Below, in pieces: positions 8,596 through 19,770 of a stretch of DNA of 64,000 bases (the first letter of the stretch is position 1; every line of letters begins with the position of its first letter). The notes below the pieces were generated by a model that was given only the letters and a program-made list of their open reading frames with translations, was not told the origin of the DNA and did no database searches. The DNA is from a virus: IMG/VR virus record IMGVR_UViG_3300033142_001194, positions 4,999 through 68,998 of that record; one strand, written 5' to 3'. The position numbers were made by a program, and so were the translations under genes.

Positions 8596-9720
8596 ATGCC
8601 AGCAATAGAATTCCCATCTAATCCTTTAAGGTTAGATATTCATACAACTTCAGATGGTACACTTTGGACTTGTGAAAATTCAACTACTTCAGGAGATACT
8701 TTTACTTCTTGGAAACCTACATTATTGGTGGATGCTAAAGATGTAGTTAATGTTCCTTCTGGGGATATTACATCAACTAATCAGCAAGATGTTAATAACG
8801 AGTTACAGAATAATTTAGCTACTAGTAGAAATAGTAGAAACTATTTTATTAATGGTGGGTTTGATGTGTGGCAAAGAGGGGAGTCGTTTACTAGTCACAC
8901 TCAGGCGTTGACGGTAGATAGGTTTTTAACACAGTGTACATCTATTGAAAAAGTAAATTCAGCTACAGGTAGCAAGTTAAGAATTATAGCAAATGGTTCA
9001 ATTGCTTATAACTCAATTAGACAGCGTATTGAGAATGGGTATAGGTTAGCAGGAAAGACTGTCACATTATCGTTGGACATAGAGACTGTGATACCCTCAC
9101 AAAGTAGTATGACAATCACGCATAAGTTTGCAAGCGGTGCATATAATAATGAAAGCGTTAACCTGAATACCACAGGTAGATTCACTCACACGTTTACTGT
9201 TCCAACCGATTCGGTTCTCGGTGATTATTATGAAGTGTCTATACAGTTTTCCACCTCTTTAAGCTCTGGACATGAGCATGTTATAGGTAATGTACAGCTT
9301 GAAGAAGGCTCATACGCTACACCATTTGAAATATTACATTACTCTGAAATCATTGCAATGTGTCAACGGTATACCGTTAAGATAGATGCAGGTTCATACG
9401 AGCTGAATATGTACCGTCCAGTTGCAACTGGAATAGCTGAATCAAGTTCACTGGTTACATTTTCTATCCCATTAACCACTCCAATTAGAGCAGCAAAAAG
9501 TGTTACATTTACGGGAACTGGTTGGTCTGTAGCAGGCTTCTTAAATACGAGTATTACCGCAGAATTAGACGGTATTGCTAATCATAGAGCGTCAACAAAC
9601 GCTCTATTAATAGCTGCAAGTACAACAGGCTTAACAGCAGGTGATACTGTATTCATTAAGGTATTAGGTATAAATAGTGGTGGTGCAAAAGGCTACATCT
9701 TTATTGATGCAGAATTATAA
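8596..9720 (+). CDS. Tail fibre/receptor-binding protein
   Basis: RNYFINGGFDVWQRG, VQLEEGSYATPFE...CQRY and IDAEL end typical of phage fibre carbohydrate-binding modules. Confidence 0.7.
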   Translation: MPAIEFPSNPLRLDIHTTSDGTLWTCENSTTSGDTFTSWKPTLLVDAKDVVNVPSGDITSTNQQDVNNELQNNLATSRNSRNYFINGGFDVWQRGESFTSHTQALTVDRFLTQCTSIEKVNSATGSKLRIIANGSIAYNSIRQRIENGYRLAGKTVTLSLDIETVIPSQSSMTITHKFASGAYNNESVNLNTTGRFTHTFTVPTDSVLGDYYEVSIQFSTSLSSGHEHVIGNVQLEEGSYATPFEILHYSEIIAMCQRYTVKIDAGSYELNMYRPVATGIAESSSLVTFSIPLTTPIRAAKSVTFTGTGWSVAGFLNTSITAELDGIANHRASTNALLIAASTTGLTAGDTVFIKVLGINSGGAKGYIFIDAEL

Positions 9721-9744
9721 TTAATAATTTAAAGTGGAATTACA

Positions 9745-9927
9745 ATGTATAAAGAACCCGATAACTCTAGTAATGAGTTTGTGTTAGCAGGTATGCTTAT
9801 TTGTTTGGTATTGGTATTTACTAGCTTACTAGGTTGTGCAAGTAATCAGACCTATATCTCTGGTCACGAAGGTAGATCAGGACAGAAAGCAGAAGTTGAT
9901 AGTCGTATAGGTACAGTGGAGAAATAA
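9745..9927 (+). CDS. Small lipoprotein
   Basis: Hydrophobic segment followed by lipobox LLGC. Confidence 0.5.
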   Translation: MYKEPDNSSNEFVLAGMLICLVLVFTSLLGCASNQTYISGHEGRSGQKAEVDSRIGTVEK

Positions 9928-9951
9928 CCTTTATAAATGTTAGGAGGTATT

Positions 9952-10299
9952 ATGGCAGATTATCAAAAATATCAAGCAGTACACGATCCAAACAGTGAAC
10001 TTGATTATGGTAGAGTTTGGGGAATAAATGATGAAGGTGAGTTAGGGTGGTTACTTGAAAATGAAAATATTGCTACGTCTACTTGGGAAATAGCATCAGA
10101 TAGGGAGAAGATTCCTACATTGGTTATGTCCCCTCAAGGAAGTGGTATTTCTTTAAATAGACAAGCTACTTCTATATTTCTTGAAGGAGGTACTTCAGGT
10201 GTTACATATAAATTAACTAATGAAATAACTACTGTTAATTTAGATTCTTCTAATAGAATTGAAAGGAGAACAGGATTAATATTCTGTTGTAATAAATAA
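9952..10299 (+). CDS. Fibre-tail adaptor-like virion protein
   Basis: HDPNSELDY...WL...FLEGGT.G..Y.LTNEITT pattern; AGGAGG RBS before ATG 9952. Confidence 0.55.
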   Translation: MADYQKYQAVHDPNSELDYGRVWGINDEGELGWLLENENIATSTWEIASDREKIPTLVMSPQGSGISLNRQATSIFLEGGTSGVTYKLTNEITTVNLDSSNRIERRTGLIFCCNK

Positions 10300-10763
10300 T
10301 GGCTGATGATGTTTTCTTTGGGATTACTGGGGATGAATCATTATCATACATTGGTTACTACCCTACTCAGTATGAGACATCTATGTATGATTCTATACAT
10401 AAGGTGTTACATTCAAAAATACTTACTGCTTTAGCATTACCTATTGAAGATGTTAAGCATTTATTATTATCGGAAGAGCTATTAAGTATTGCTATTGGTT
10501 TTGGTAATACAAGTAATTCTACCCATAACTTATTATCAGGTGAGATTTTAGGTTATATTATACCTGTTGCTGAAACACCTAATAGTGTGCATAAAGTTAA
10601 AGCAGATACTATTTATATGTTTTATACGGGTATACTTGATAACCCAATACATAGGGTAGTAACAGAGAAAGATATACAAGCTCCGGTATTACCTAATTGT
10701 AATACATACGTATGGACACCTAGAGATAATAGAGTGTTACATTCACCCCGATTAACTTGTTAA
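10299..10763 (+). CDS. Hypothetical virion protein
   Basis: Coupled ORF in tail cluster; repeated H.(V/L).S segments. Confidence 0.55.
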   Translation: MADDVFFGITGDESLSYIGYYPTQYETSMYDSIHKVLHSKILTALALPIEDVKHLLLSEELLSIAIGFGNTSNSTHNLLSGEILGYIIPVAETPNSVHKVKADTIYMFYTGILDNPIHRVVTEKDIQAPVLPNCNTYVWTPRDNRVLHSPRLTC

Positions 10764-10778
10764 ATATAGGATACAAAC

Positions 10779-11291
10779 ATGGCTTTAATATTACCTTCAG
10801 CACCTGCAAACTTTTATGACCCTTCTTTGACTACATTAAAGAATGCTATTGATGCTGTAAATGGAACAACTAAAGGGCAAATTGCCTTAATAACTGCTGT
10901 ACCTGCTGATATTGAAGCAGCATGGTTAGAACTTGGTGTAGCAGGAAATACTACAGGATCAGTTAATAGAGGATCACTTGTAGTAGGACATAAACCTTGT
11001 AGTGGTATTGTAGGACCTGTATTAGGACCTGAAGAAGCTCCTGGAGAGAATGGTTATAAACTTCAGTTTGATGCGAATGAGCTTACCCCTATTTATGTTG
11101 ATGGTTCAGGTACTTCTACTGTGGTTGTTATTGGTGCTGCACTGATTGAAGGTGTTGATACATATGCTGCAGGAACAGATAACCATGTTAAATATATTTT
11201 TAAAGTTAACCCTCTTACAGTAACTGATGGATCATATATTAGTTTACCTGCAGTTGAGTTGATTATTAATTACAGTGAAGTTCTTGTTTAG
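10779..11291 (+). CDS. Hypothetical tail/virion protein
   Basis: RBS AGGA; position in tail cluster. Confidence 0.55.
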   Translation: MALILPSAPANFYDPSLTTLKNAIDAVNGTTKGQIALITAVPADIEAAWLELGVAGNTTGSVNRGSLVVGHKPCSGIVGPVLGPEEAPGENGYKLQFDANELTPIYVDGSGTSTVVVIGAALIEGVDTYAAGTDNHVKYIFKVNPLTVTDGSYISLPAVELIINYSEVLV

Positions 11292-11299
11292 AGGTTACT

Positions 11300-14200
11300 A
11301 TGTCATTAAATAAAGATAGGGTAAAAGTAACAGGAACTGGCGGAGCTATTAATACTGCTTTTACTTTAAGTAATCCTGTTCTTAGTTTTACATCATTCCC
11401 TGATGGGGATGTACGTTACTGTGTTTTGTCTTCTACTGGGGTATGGCAAGTAGCACTTGGAACAGTTGCAGGATCTACATTATCAAGAGGTTCAGTAGAA
11501 TCAAATAGTGAGGGGACACAAGATCAGTTAGATTTTTCTGGTTTAACAATTCAGATTGCACAGGTTACTTCTGCAGAATACTTAAATGTTATTACAGATA
11601 AACTTGAAACCATTGAAGAAGGAGCTACAGGAGATTTATCGAGTGCAGAAATTAAAACACTTTATGAAGATAATGCTAATACTAATGAATACTCAGATGG
11701 TGATAAGGAAAAACTGGAAGGTATAGCTTATGAAGCTACGATAGATCAACAGGCAATTGATGTACCGTATTTTCCTACAGCACCTGATACTTCTGATAAT
11801 GTTCAAGCTGCAATAGATAGTGTAAATATTGCTATTAGTGGGCATATTCAAGCTGCTACTACTATCACGTATGATCCAACAGAAGACCCTGTAGGGGACT
11901 CTACAGACGTTCAGCTTACACTTGTGGATCATGGTAAAGGTATCGAGCAGAGGGTATCCTCTAACTCGGGTATTTTAACTGGTGGCAGATTATCTGCTGG
12001 TATTGGTTCAACTGTTTTTGAAGTATCTGCAGGAACAGGGATATTTACTGACAGCCATACTAACCCATTAAACACTTCTATTATAGAACAGTCTTGGGAT
12101 ACATTTTCAGGGCATAGTATTGAACCTGAAGCTAGTAGCCTTAGTGTAGTTAATCTAAGTATATTTATATATTCCAGTGGTGGTAATGCAAGTATTGTTA
12201 AGGTAGCAGGAGTACCCTCACTTAGCATGTTTAGAGATCACATTTTTTTAGGTAATGTAAAGATATTAGACGGTGCTATTGTATCTGCTTCTGCAGCTCC
12301 TGCTGTAGCTAAACAAACGGGTACTGATGTATCGGATATTCTAAGAACTGTTTCCACTTTAACAGGTGGTGAACTACTTTCTGTGGAAGGTTCCTTAAGT
12401 GTTTGGATGCGTGGAGGAACCTTATTCTTCCCCGGTGTTAATTGGTTTGGTAATTCTTCCAACCCTAATTTGGTTTCTTTTTCTGCTTCTAGTCCTGATA
12501 ACTCTCCTGCACCAAGAAATCCTATAATATTTTCTTCAATAGATAGGGTAGGTAATTTAATATTTAATAATTCTTTAAGTATTATTCCAGAATCTTATGA
12601 TAATGCAGGAGTTATCACTACTTTACCTAATTCCAAAGCTGTAATTCATAGAATGCATATTCTTGGATGTGGTGAAGGTCAACGTAAGTATGTTTTACAG
12701 TATGGTCAAAATATTTATGATAGTGCTGAAGAAGCTAAAAATAACCTATTAACCGATGCTATAGTAGAACCTGCTGAAATTGATAGTATGTCTTTTTTAG
12801 GGTATGTATGTATAACAAAAGGTGTAACTTCATTTGATGATGGTACTAAAGCTTGGATAGTATCAGGTGAAGGAGGGCAGGTTACTTCAAGTGCTGTACA
12901 AACTGGAAACCATGCTTCACTTACTAACTTAACTATTCCAGACCAACACCCTATAGAAGCTATTGGTGATGGTACTGTTGAAGGTCAATTGGTAGCTCAG
13001 CTAGCAAGTAAGACTGAATACAAGGGTGATGCAGTTACAGATGGTTTCTATGATGTAAATTCAATGGTTACTTCTGGAAGTTATTTATCTCAAGTTATTA
13101 ATCCCTTAGGAACCTCAGAACCTCCTGTACCTACATTTATTGGTGATGCGTATAAGGTTTGGGATGGTATTGAAGATTTGGTAGGTGATCCAATATTACC
13201 CCCTGCTTTCACTCAAGTAGCTGGTGGAACTAATGTTATTAGATCCGGTAATTTATATAGAACAGTAACAAGTGCTTTTATACAACAATTACTTGTTATT
13301 GCTCCTGAAGAACCTTCAGCAGATACAAATTTTAAAGCTGTATTAATTGTTGATCCTTATGGTGCTACACCTAAATCAGAAGTATTTCCAAATATTGTTT
13401 TATCTACTTCTGAATGGACTATTATTAAATCAGGTAATACCTTTGTACCTGCAGGAACAGAATTCTTATTTTATATAGAATCTCATTCAACTGCAGGAAG
13501 TGTATTAACAACATCTGATTATACATATCTTAAAACAGGTAACGGTAATCCAAGTACAGGACAACTTATACGAGATAATGGTGGAACAGTACTTAAGATT
13601 TCTAAGGTAGATAGATTAGGTACGGATAGAAGTGGATTATTAGCTAGTTTAGATATTAATGATACGATACGTGTAACAGTAGATGGTGATGTAAGTGCTT
13701 GGGAACTATTTAATATTCAAGGAGTAGGTACTGATTCAGGTGCTTGGTATGAATTCCCAATTATCATTTCAAATGTTGGTACTGGTAATATTCCTGATAA
13801 TTCAGATGTTATTACAAATATTGATAACTATACTGATGGTGATACTAAATATTTAGAAGATGCTAATTATATTACAGGTACTAATGCTGAAGGGCTTATA
13901 TCCGGTTACCTTAACATAGGTGGTGTTGACCAAGCTGTAACTCCAAATGCTTATGGTGTAGATGTTAAGATACAAAAATCTAACATGTCTTCAGATTGGA
14001 AGATACTTGCATCAAGTGCTGCTGGTTCTACTGATACTGGTGGAGGAACTACTTTAATTTCTTGGGGAAATATTCTAGGAACTTTATCAAACCAAAATGA
14101 CTTACAAATAGCTTTAAATAATAAAGCTAATGGTCCTATTTTAGGTGGTGCTGTTGATGTTAATACCTCTGTTCCTGTAGGTGCATTGTTTACCGATACT

Positions 14201-14536
14201 ACTTATTCTGTTGGAAATGGTGGATTAACAGAGGTTAATTTTACTTCTGCTAAAGATGGTATTGTTACTGCTGCTAGTGCTCACTTGGATGGTGCTAAGT
14301 TTTATGAAGAACATATACCTCCTATTAATAATGTTGGTAGTGATAATAATAAGGTATTGGTTGCTGGTTCAGTAGTTGGTTCTGCATCTTGGAAAACTTC
14401 TCCTGTATCAACTGTAGTATCTATAACACCTCCTACTTCACCTTATGAAGGTCAGAACTGGTTAAACTCTAATATAGGTTCATTGTATACTTGGTATTCT
14501 TTTGGTTCAGGACAGTGGATATTATCTAATGATTAA
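11300..14536 (+). CDS. Large tail fibre protein
   Basis: DRVKVT..RGSVESNS N-domain, KLETIEEGAT/KLEGIAYEAT repeats, WGNILGTLSNQNDLQIALNNK, C-terminal PPTSPYEGQNWLNS; Gly/Ser/Thr-rich. Confidence 0.75.
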   Translation: MSLNKDRVKVTGTGGAINTAFTLSNPVLSFTSFPDGDVRYCVLSSTGVWQVALGTVAGSTLSRGSVESNSEGTQDQLDFSGLTIQIAQVTSAEYLNVITDKLETIEEGATGDLSSAEIKTLYEDNANTNEYSDGDKEKLEGIAYEATIDQQAIDVPYFPTAPDTSDNVQAAIDSVNIAISGHIQAATTITYDPTEDPVGDSTDVQLTLVDHGKGIEQRVSSNSGILTGGRLSAGIGSTVFEVSAGTGIFTDSHTNPLNTSIIEQSWDTFSGHSIEPEASSLSVVNLSIFIYSSGGNASIVKVAGVPSLSMFRDHIFLGNVKILDGAIVSASAAPAVAKQTGTDVSDILRTVSTLTGGELLSVEGSLSVWMRGGTLFFPGVNWFGNSSNPNLVSFSASSPDNSPAPRNPIIFSSIDRVGNLIFNNSLSIIPESYDNAGVITTLPNSKAVIHRMHILGCGEGQRKYVLQYGQNIYDSAEEAKNNLLTDAIVEPAEIDSMSFLGYVCITKGVTSFDDGTKAWIVSGEGGQVTSSAVQTGNHASLTNLTIPDQHPIEAIGDGTVEGQLVAQLASKTEYKGDAVTDGFYDVNSMVTSGSYLSQVINPLGTSEPPVPTFIGDAYKVWDGIEDLVGDPILPPAFTQVAGGTNVIRSGNLYRTVTSAFIQQLLVIAPEEPSADTNFKAVLIVDPYGATPKSEVFPNIVLSTSEWTIIKSGNTFVPAGTEFLFYIESHSTAGSVLTTSDYTYLKTGNGNPSTGQLIRDNGGTVLKISKVDRLGTDRSGLLASLDINDTIRVTVDGDVSAWELFNIQGVGTDSGAWYEFPIIISNVGTGNIPDNSDVITNIDNYTDGDTKYLEDANYITGTNAEGLISGYLNIGGVDQAVTPNAYGVDVKIQKSNMSSDWKILASSAAGSTDTGGGTTLISWGNILGTLSNQNDLQIALNNKANGPILGGAVDVNTSVPVGALFTDTTYSVGNGGLTEVNFTSAKDGIVTAASAHLDGAKFYEEHIPPINNVGSDNNKVLVAGSVVGSASWKTSPVSTVVSITPPTSPYEGQNWLNSNIGSLYTWYSFGSGQWILSND

Positions 14537-14547
14537 CAGGAATAGAA

Positions 14548-16701
14548 ATGGAAGATGATGTAGGTAAACTTATAACTCCTGAAGATAGATCAATAGAGAC
14601 TGATTGGGTTAATCCTCCTTCAGTTTCTGATCTTAAACAGGACTATACAGATGCTCAATCAGATCAAGACGAGCATACTTCTGATGTAGATACTTGGTTA
14701 GATAATCTTAATGTAACTGGTAGTGCTGCAATTGAAAAAGTAAAAGGAAGAAGTAACATTGTTCCTAAGCTTATTCGTAAACAAGCTGAATGGAGATATG
14801 CAGCATTATCAGAACCATTCTTATCAACAGATGATCTGTTTAATACAGCACCTGTTACGTATGAAGATAAACAAGCAGCAGTTCAAAATGGATTGGTTTT
14901 AAATTCTCAGTTTAATAATAAAATAAAGAAGATAGATTTTATTGACGAGTACGTTAGAACTGCTGTAGATGAAGGTACTTCTATTGTAAGAGTAGGTTGG
15001 AAGTATGAGGATGAAATAGTAGAGGTAGAGGTAAATGATTTTACCTTTATACCCTCTAATGACCCTGAGTATGCACAGACAATACAACGTATGCTTAAGA
15101 TGGCTCAGGAAGCCCCTGACAAGCTTTTAGAGCTACCTGAAGAGATGCAACAAGCATTACAAATGTCTATGCAAGCTCAACGTCCTATGGTTCCTAAGAA
15201 GATAGGTACTCATACAGAAGAACATACAAAGATTAAGGCTAATCACCCTACGGTTGAAATATGTGAATATGACAATATTACTATTGATCCATCATGTAAT
15301 GGGGATATAGATAAAGCTAGGTTTGTTATATATTCTTTTGAAACAAGTTTATCTGAATTAGAAGAAGATGGTAGATACTCAAATTTAGAAAGTATCAATG
15401 TATCTTCTGCAAGTGTATTAGCTGCTTCAGATCATATTTCTGATGAAGATACTGCTTTTAGATTTAAAGATAAACCAAGACAAAGAATTGTTGCATATGA
15501 GTATTGGGGGTATTGGGATATAGATGATACCGGTATTGTTAAACCTATTGCTGCTACATGGGTAGGTGATGTAATGATTAGGTTAGAGGATAATCCTTTT
15601 CCTGATAAATTATTACCTTTTATATCTGTACAATATTTACCTGTTAGAAGATCACTTTATGGTGAACCGGATGGAGCACTGTTAGAGGACAATCAGAAGA
15701 TTGTAGGAGCTATTACTCGTGGAATGATAGACATTATGGGTAGAAGTGCTAACGGTCAACAGGGGACTCGTAAGGACGCTTTAGACGTAACTAATTTACG
15801 TAAGTTTGAAGCAGGTAAGGATTATAAATTTAATCCAGATATCGATCCAAGACAAGCATTTCATATGCATACATATCCTGAGATACCTCAAAGTGCTCAG
15901 TATATGATTAATATGCAGAATCTTGAAGCAGAATCTTTAACAGGTGTTAAAGCTTTTAATCAAGGTATTACAGGAGCTGGTTTAGGTGATACTGCTGCTT
16001 CTGTTAGAGGTGCTTTAGATGCTGCTTCTAAACGTGAGTTAGGTATCTTAAGAAGACTTGCTGAAGGGGTTAGACAGATAGGTAAGAAGATTACTGCTAT
16101 GAATGCTGTATTCTTATCTGAAGAAGAAGTAGTACGTATTACTAATGAAGAATTTGTAACAGTTAGAAGGGATGACTTAGCAGGTGATATTGATATTACT
16201 TTAAGTATCTCAACTGCTGAAGCAGATGAACATAAAGCACAAGAGTTAGCTTTTATGCTACAGACATTAGGTAATTCAGTTGATCCTCAAATGACTTATA
16301 TGTTGATGGGTGAGATTGCTACTTTGCGTAAGATGCCTTTATTAGCTAAACAGCTTAAGGAATACAAACCTGAACCAAATCCATTAGAACAGGAAAAAGC
16401 ACAGTTAGAGATAGAACTACTTAAAGCACAAATAGCTAAAGAGTATTCTATTGTAGAAGAGAATAAAGCAGAAGCACAATTGGATTATGCTAAAGCAGGA
16501 TCTGAAGGTGTTAAAGCACAGAACACTAAATCTGATACTGATCTTAAAAACTTAGACTTCTTAGAACAACAAGAAGGTGTAACCCATGCAAGAGATGTAG
16601 ATAGAATTACTTCTCAAGCAGAAGCACAAGGTGAGATGAAAGTAACAGATAATGTGTCTAAAGCTATACTAGGTAAACGTAGAGCTAATACATCTATATA
16701 A
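14548..16701 (+). CDS. Portal protein (N4 gp59-like)
   Basis: PKLIRKQAEWRYAALSEPFL, YEYWG, AESLTGVKAF, LDAASKRELGILRRLA. Confidence 0.92.
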   Translation: MEDDVGKLITPEDRSIETDWVNPPSVSDLKQDYTDAQSDQDEHTSDVDTWLDNLNVTGSAAIEKVKGRSNIVPKLIRKQAEWRYAALSEPFLSTDDLFNTAPVTYEDKQAAVQNGLVLNSQFNNKIKKIDFIDEYVRTAVDEGTSIVRVGWKYEDEIVEVEVNDFTFIPSNDPEYAQTIQRMLKMAQEAPDKLLELPEEMQQALQMSMQAQRPMVPKKIGTHTEEHTKIKANHPTVEICEYDNITIDPSCNGDIDKARFVIYSFETSLSELEEDGRYSNLESINVSSASVLAASDHISDEDTAFRFKDKPRQRIVAYEYWGYWDIDDTGIVKPIAATWVGDVMIRLEDNPFPDKLLPFISVQYLPVRRSLYGEPDGALLEDNQKIVGAITRGMIDIMGRSANGQQGTRKDALDVTNLRKFEAGKDYKFNPDIDPRQAFHMHTYPEIPQSAQYMINMQNLEAESLTGVKAFNQGITGAGLGDTAASVRGALDAASKRELGILRRLAEGVRQIGKKITAMNAVFLSEEEVVRITNEEFVTVRRDDLAGDIDITLSISTAEADEHKAQELAFMLQTLGNSVDPQMTYMLMGEIATLRKMPLLAKQLKEYKPEPNPLEQEKAQLEIELLKAQIAKEYSIVEENKAEAQLDYAKAGSEGVKAQNTKSDTDLKNLDFLEQQEGVTHARDVDRITSQAEAQGEMKVTDNVSKAILGKRRANTSI

Positions 16702-16801
16702 AGTGTATTAGTCAAATACGATATAGTATAGTAAAGTATCCCCTGCTTAAGTAATACTGCTTAAGCAGTAATTAAATGTAATCTCTAAGAGGACAATACA
16801 T

Positions 16802-17140
16802 ATGAGCAATGATGAACAGATTAAAGAAGTAGAATTATCTATTGATATGGCTAAAGAAGCTATCAATAAAAAGAAAGACTTTGATAAACTTTTACTTTTA
16901 CCTGAATTCAACTCAATTATAGAAGATGGATATTTTAAAGTTAAGGCAAGTGAATTAGTATTGTTATTGGCTTCACCGGGTATGCAAGCAGATACACATC
17001 AAAAAGAGTTATTAAAACAGATTAATGCTATTGGTTCATTGAGACAATATTTTCATTCTATTGTAGCTCAAGGTATGCAAGCTGAAAGTGCTTTAGAAGA
17101 TTTTGAAGCTACTCAGACAGAACTACTAGAAGAGGTTTAA
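16802..17140 (+). CDS. Conserved N4-like protein between portal and scaffold
   Basis: PEFNSIIEDGYF...IGSLRQYF; synteny. Confidence 0.65.
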   Translation: MSNDEQIKEVELSIDMAKEAINKKKDFDKLLLLPEFNSIIEDGYFKVKASELVLLLASPGMQADTHQKELLKQINAIGSLRQYFHSIVAQGMQAESALEDFEATQTELLEEV

Positions 17141-17143
17141 ATC

Positions 17144-18259
17144 ATGGCTGATGAAGTTAATGTTTTAAATATGACCGATGAAGAGCTTGCTTCATTTGTA
17201 CCTCCTGAAGAGGAAGTACGTGAAGAAGTATCTGAACCAGTTGAGGAAGTATCTGAACCAATAGAAGAAGTACTTGAAGAGGTTACAGAAGAAGTATCTG
17301 AACCAGTAGAAACAGAACAGGAAGAAGTATCTGAACCAATAACTGAAGAGGTTAAAGATACTACCTTACCTGATACGTATGAAGGTGGTTTAAAGGCTGA
17401 TACAAGCCCCTCACAGGACGATAATAAAGAAGCTATACCAAAGGAAGCAGAGATAGACTATAAGGCTGCTTACGAGGAGTTTATGGCTCCTTTTAAAGCC
17501 AATGGTAAAGAGATGACTCTTGATAGCATTAAAGATGCTAAAGCACTTATGAGTATGGGTGCTAATTATAATAAGAAGATGCAAACTATTAAGCCTTCTT
17601 TGAAAATTATTAAGATGTTAGAGAATAATGGTTTACTTGATGAAGGTAAACTAAACTACTTGATTGATTTATCCAAAGGTAATAAAGGAGCAATTGATAG
17701 AGTAGTAAAAGAAAGTGGTATTGATCCATTAGATGTAGGTACAGAAGATTCACCGGAATATACGCCTAATACTTACACTGTAAGTGATAACCAAGTAGAA
17801 CTAGATGATGTAATCTTAGATATAAAAGATACCCCAACATTTCAGACTACTATGGATGTTATTAGCAATAAGTGGGATGAAGCCAGTAAAGAAATCTTAG
17901 TAAAGAATCCCCAAGTAATTAAAATCATCAATGACCAAGTAGAATCAGGTATATATGAAAAGATTGCTTATGAAGTAGAAAGGGAGAGAATGTTAGGACG
18001 ACTAACAGGAGTCTCTGACTTAGTTGCTTATAGACAGGTAGGAGATGCAATACAAGCAAGAGGAGGTTTTAATACCCAACCTCAAGCAGTACAACTTCCT
18101 ACTGAAAAGCCTAAAGAAGATCCAAAACTTAATGCACAACGTAGAGCTGCAGGCTCATTACACAGTAAGCCAATGAAAGAAAATAATAAACCTGTTATTG
18201 ATATTTTAAATATGACAGATGAAGAGTTTTCTAAATTGGATATGACTAAATATATTTAA
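17144..18259 (+). CDS. N4 gp57-like acidic protein (probable scaffold)
   Basis: PFKANGKEM, MGANYNKKM, LNMTDEE at both ends, EEVSEP repeats; directly upstream of capsid gene. Confidence 0.75.
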   Translation: MADEVNVLNMTDEELASFVPPEEEVREEVSEPVEEVSEPIEEVLEEVTEEVSEPVETEQEEVSEPITEEVKDTTLPDTYEGGLKADTSPSQDDNKEAIPKEAEIDYKAAYEEFMAPFKANGKEMTLDSIKDAKALMSMGANYNKKMQTIKPSLKIIKMLENNGLLDEGKLNYLIDLSKGNKGAIDRVVKESGIDPLDVGTEDSPEYTPNTYTVSDNQVELDDVILDIKDTPTFQTTMDVISNKWDEASKEILVKNPQVIKIINDQVESGIYEKIAYEVERERMLGRLTGVSDLVAYRQVGDAIQARGGFNTQPQAVQLPTEKPKEDPKLNAQRRAAGSLHSKPMKENNKPVIDILNMTDEEFSKLDMTKYI

Positions 18260-18269
18260 AGGAAATATT

Positions 18270-19712
18270 ATGGGAACGTATAACGATCCAATCGGTGGAA
18301 CTCCATCATCAATCGGAGATCAGATTCGTACTGATTACTACAATAAAACAGCACTTAAAGAAATTGCTAAAGAACAATACTTCGGTCAGTTGGCTGATGT
18401 AACTTCCATGCCTAAAAACATGGGTAAGAAGATTAAAGTAAACCAGTATTTACCTATTCTTGATGATGCGAATATCAATGACCAAGGTATTGATGCAGCA
18501 GGTTTAACTACTACACGTAGTGTTACTATTGTTATTCAAAATCCTGATCTTACTTCTACAGGTAATGGTTATGTATGGTCATATGCTGAAGGTGAAGGTG
18601 TAGATGATGCAGCAGCACTAACAGCAGCTAAGCTATCAGCAAATGATATATTTGTAGAATTAGGCGTATTTAATACTGACTATACTACTACTAAAGCAGC
18701 ATTAGAAGGTTTAACACCTGCTTGGATTATTGATGAAGGTACTGCTGTACCAGCATCAGGTAATCTGTATGGTTCAAGTAAAGATGTTGGTTATATTACT
18801 TCACGTATGCCAGCACTATCAGAAGATGGTGGTAGAGTTAACCGTGTTGGTATGACACGTATTGTATTAGAAGGTAATCTTGAGAAATATGGTTTATTCT
18901 ATGATTACACTCAAGAGTCTTTAGATTTTGATACTGATTCTGAATTGGATATGCACTGTACCCGTGAGTTACTTAACGCTAGTAATGAAACAGTAGAAGA
19001 TTTACTTCAGATTGACTTGTTAAGTTCTGCTGGTGTAATTCGCTACGGAGGTAGTGCAACAACTGTAGAAGAAATCACAGGTGAAACAGGTTCTGAATCT
19101 ATTATTACTTTTGAAGACTTAATGCGTACTGAGATTGATTTAGATCAAAACAGATGCCCTAAGCATACTGCAGTAATTACTGGTTCACGTATGACAGATA
19201 CGAAAGTAGTTCCGGGATCACGTATTCTTTATATTGGTTCTGAGCTTATTCCTACTGTTAAACGTATGAAGGATCTGTTTGATGACCAAGCATTCGTAGG
19301 TGTAGAACACTATGCTGATGCAGGTAAAATGTCTTATGGTGATTCTTCTGCTCTTAATGGAGAGATTGGTTCTGTAGGTGGTTTCCGTATTGTAGTAGTA
19401 CCTGAAATGATGCATTGGGCTGGTGCAGGTGCATCAGTATCTACTAATGCTGGTTATCGTGAAACAGGTGGTAAATATGATGTATTCCCTATGATGGTTG
19501 TAGGATCTAAATCATTTACAAATATTGGTTTCCAAACTGACGGTAAAACTGTTAAATTTAAAATCAAGCATGTTAAGCCGGGATCAGATATCTCCTATTC
19601 ATTAGAAGATCCATTTGGTCAGAAAGGGTTTAGCTCTGTATTATTCTGGTATGGTTTTATGGTTTTAAGACCTGAAAGAATTGCAGTGTTAAAGACAGTT
19701 GCAGAAGTATAA
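18270..19712 (+). CDS. Major capsid protein (N4 gp56-like) with an ~85-aa insertion
   Basis: MPKNMGKKIK, NDQGIDAAG, GNLYGSSKD, GGRVNRVG, VVPEMMHWAGAGA, LRPERIA. Confidence 0.93.
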   Translation: MGTYNDPIGGTPSSIGDQIRTDYYNKTALKEIAKEQYFGQLADVTSMPKNMGKKIKVNQYLPILDDANINDQGIDAAGLTTTRSVTIVIQNPDLTSTGNGYVWSYAEGEGVDDAAALTAAKLSANDIFVELGVFNTDYTTTKAALEGLTPAWIIDEGTAVPASGNLYGSSKDVGYITSRMPALSEDGGRVNRVGMTRIVLEGNLEKYGLFYDYTQESLDFDTDSELDMHCTRELLNASNETVEDLLQIDLLSSAGVIRYGGSATTVEEITGETGSESIITFEDLMRTEIDLDQNRCPKHTAVITGSRMTDTKVVPGSRILYIGSELIPTVKRMKDLFDDQAFVGVEHYADAGKMSYGDSSALNGEIGSVGGFRIVVVPEMMHWAGAGASVSTNAGYRETGGKYDVFPMMVVGSKSFTNIGFQTDGKTVKFKIKHVKPGSDISYSLEDPFGQKGFSSVLFWYGFMVLRPERIAVLKTVAEV

Positions 19713-19732
19713 AATATACTAAGTAACCATTT

Positions 19733-19770
19733 AATCCTCTTACAGCCCTTAAAAGTTGTAAGGGGATTTT
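19733..19770 (+). terminator. Intrinsic terminator after capsid gene
   Basis: aatcctcttaca/tgtaaggggatt stem followed by T run. Confidence 0.6.

Noticed and set aside
17144-18259. Tape measure protein; LNMTDEE duplication as a novelty
   Set aside because: Acidic protein upstream of the capsid gene in a podovirus fits a scaffold; the terminal motif duplication is recalled from other N4 gp57 homologs
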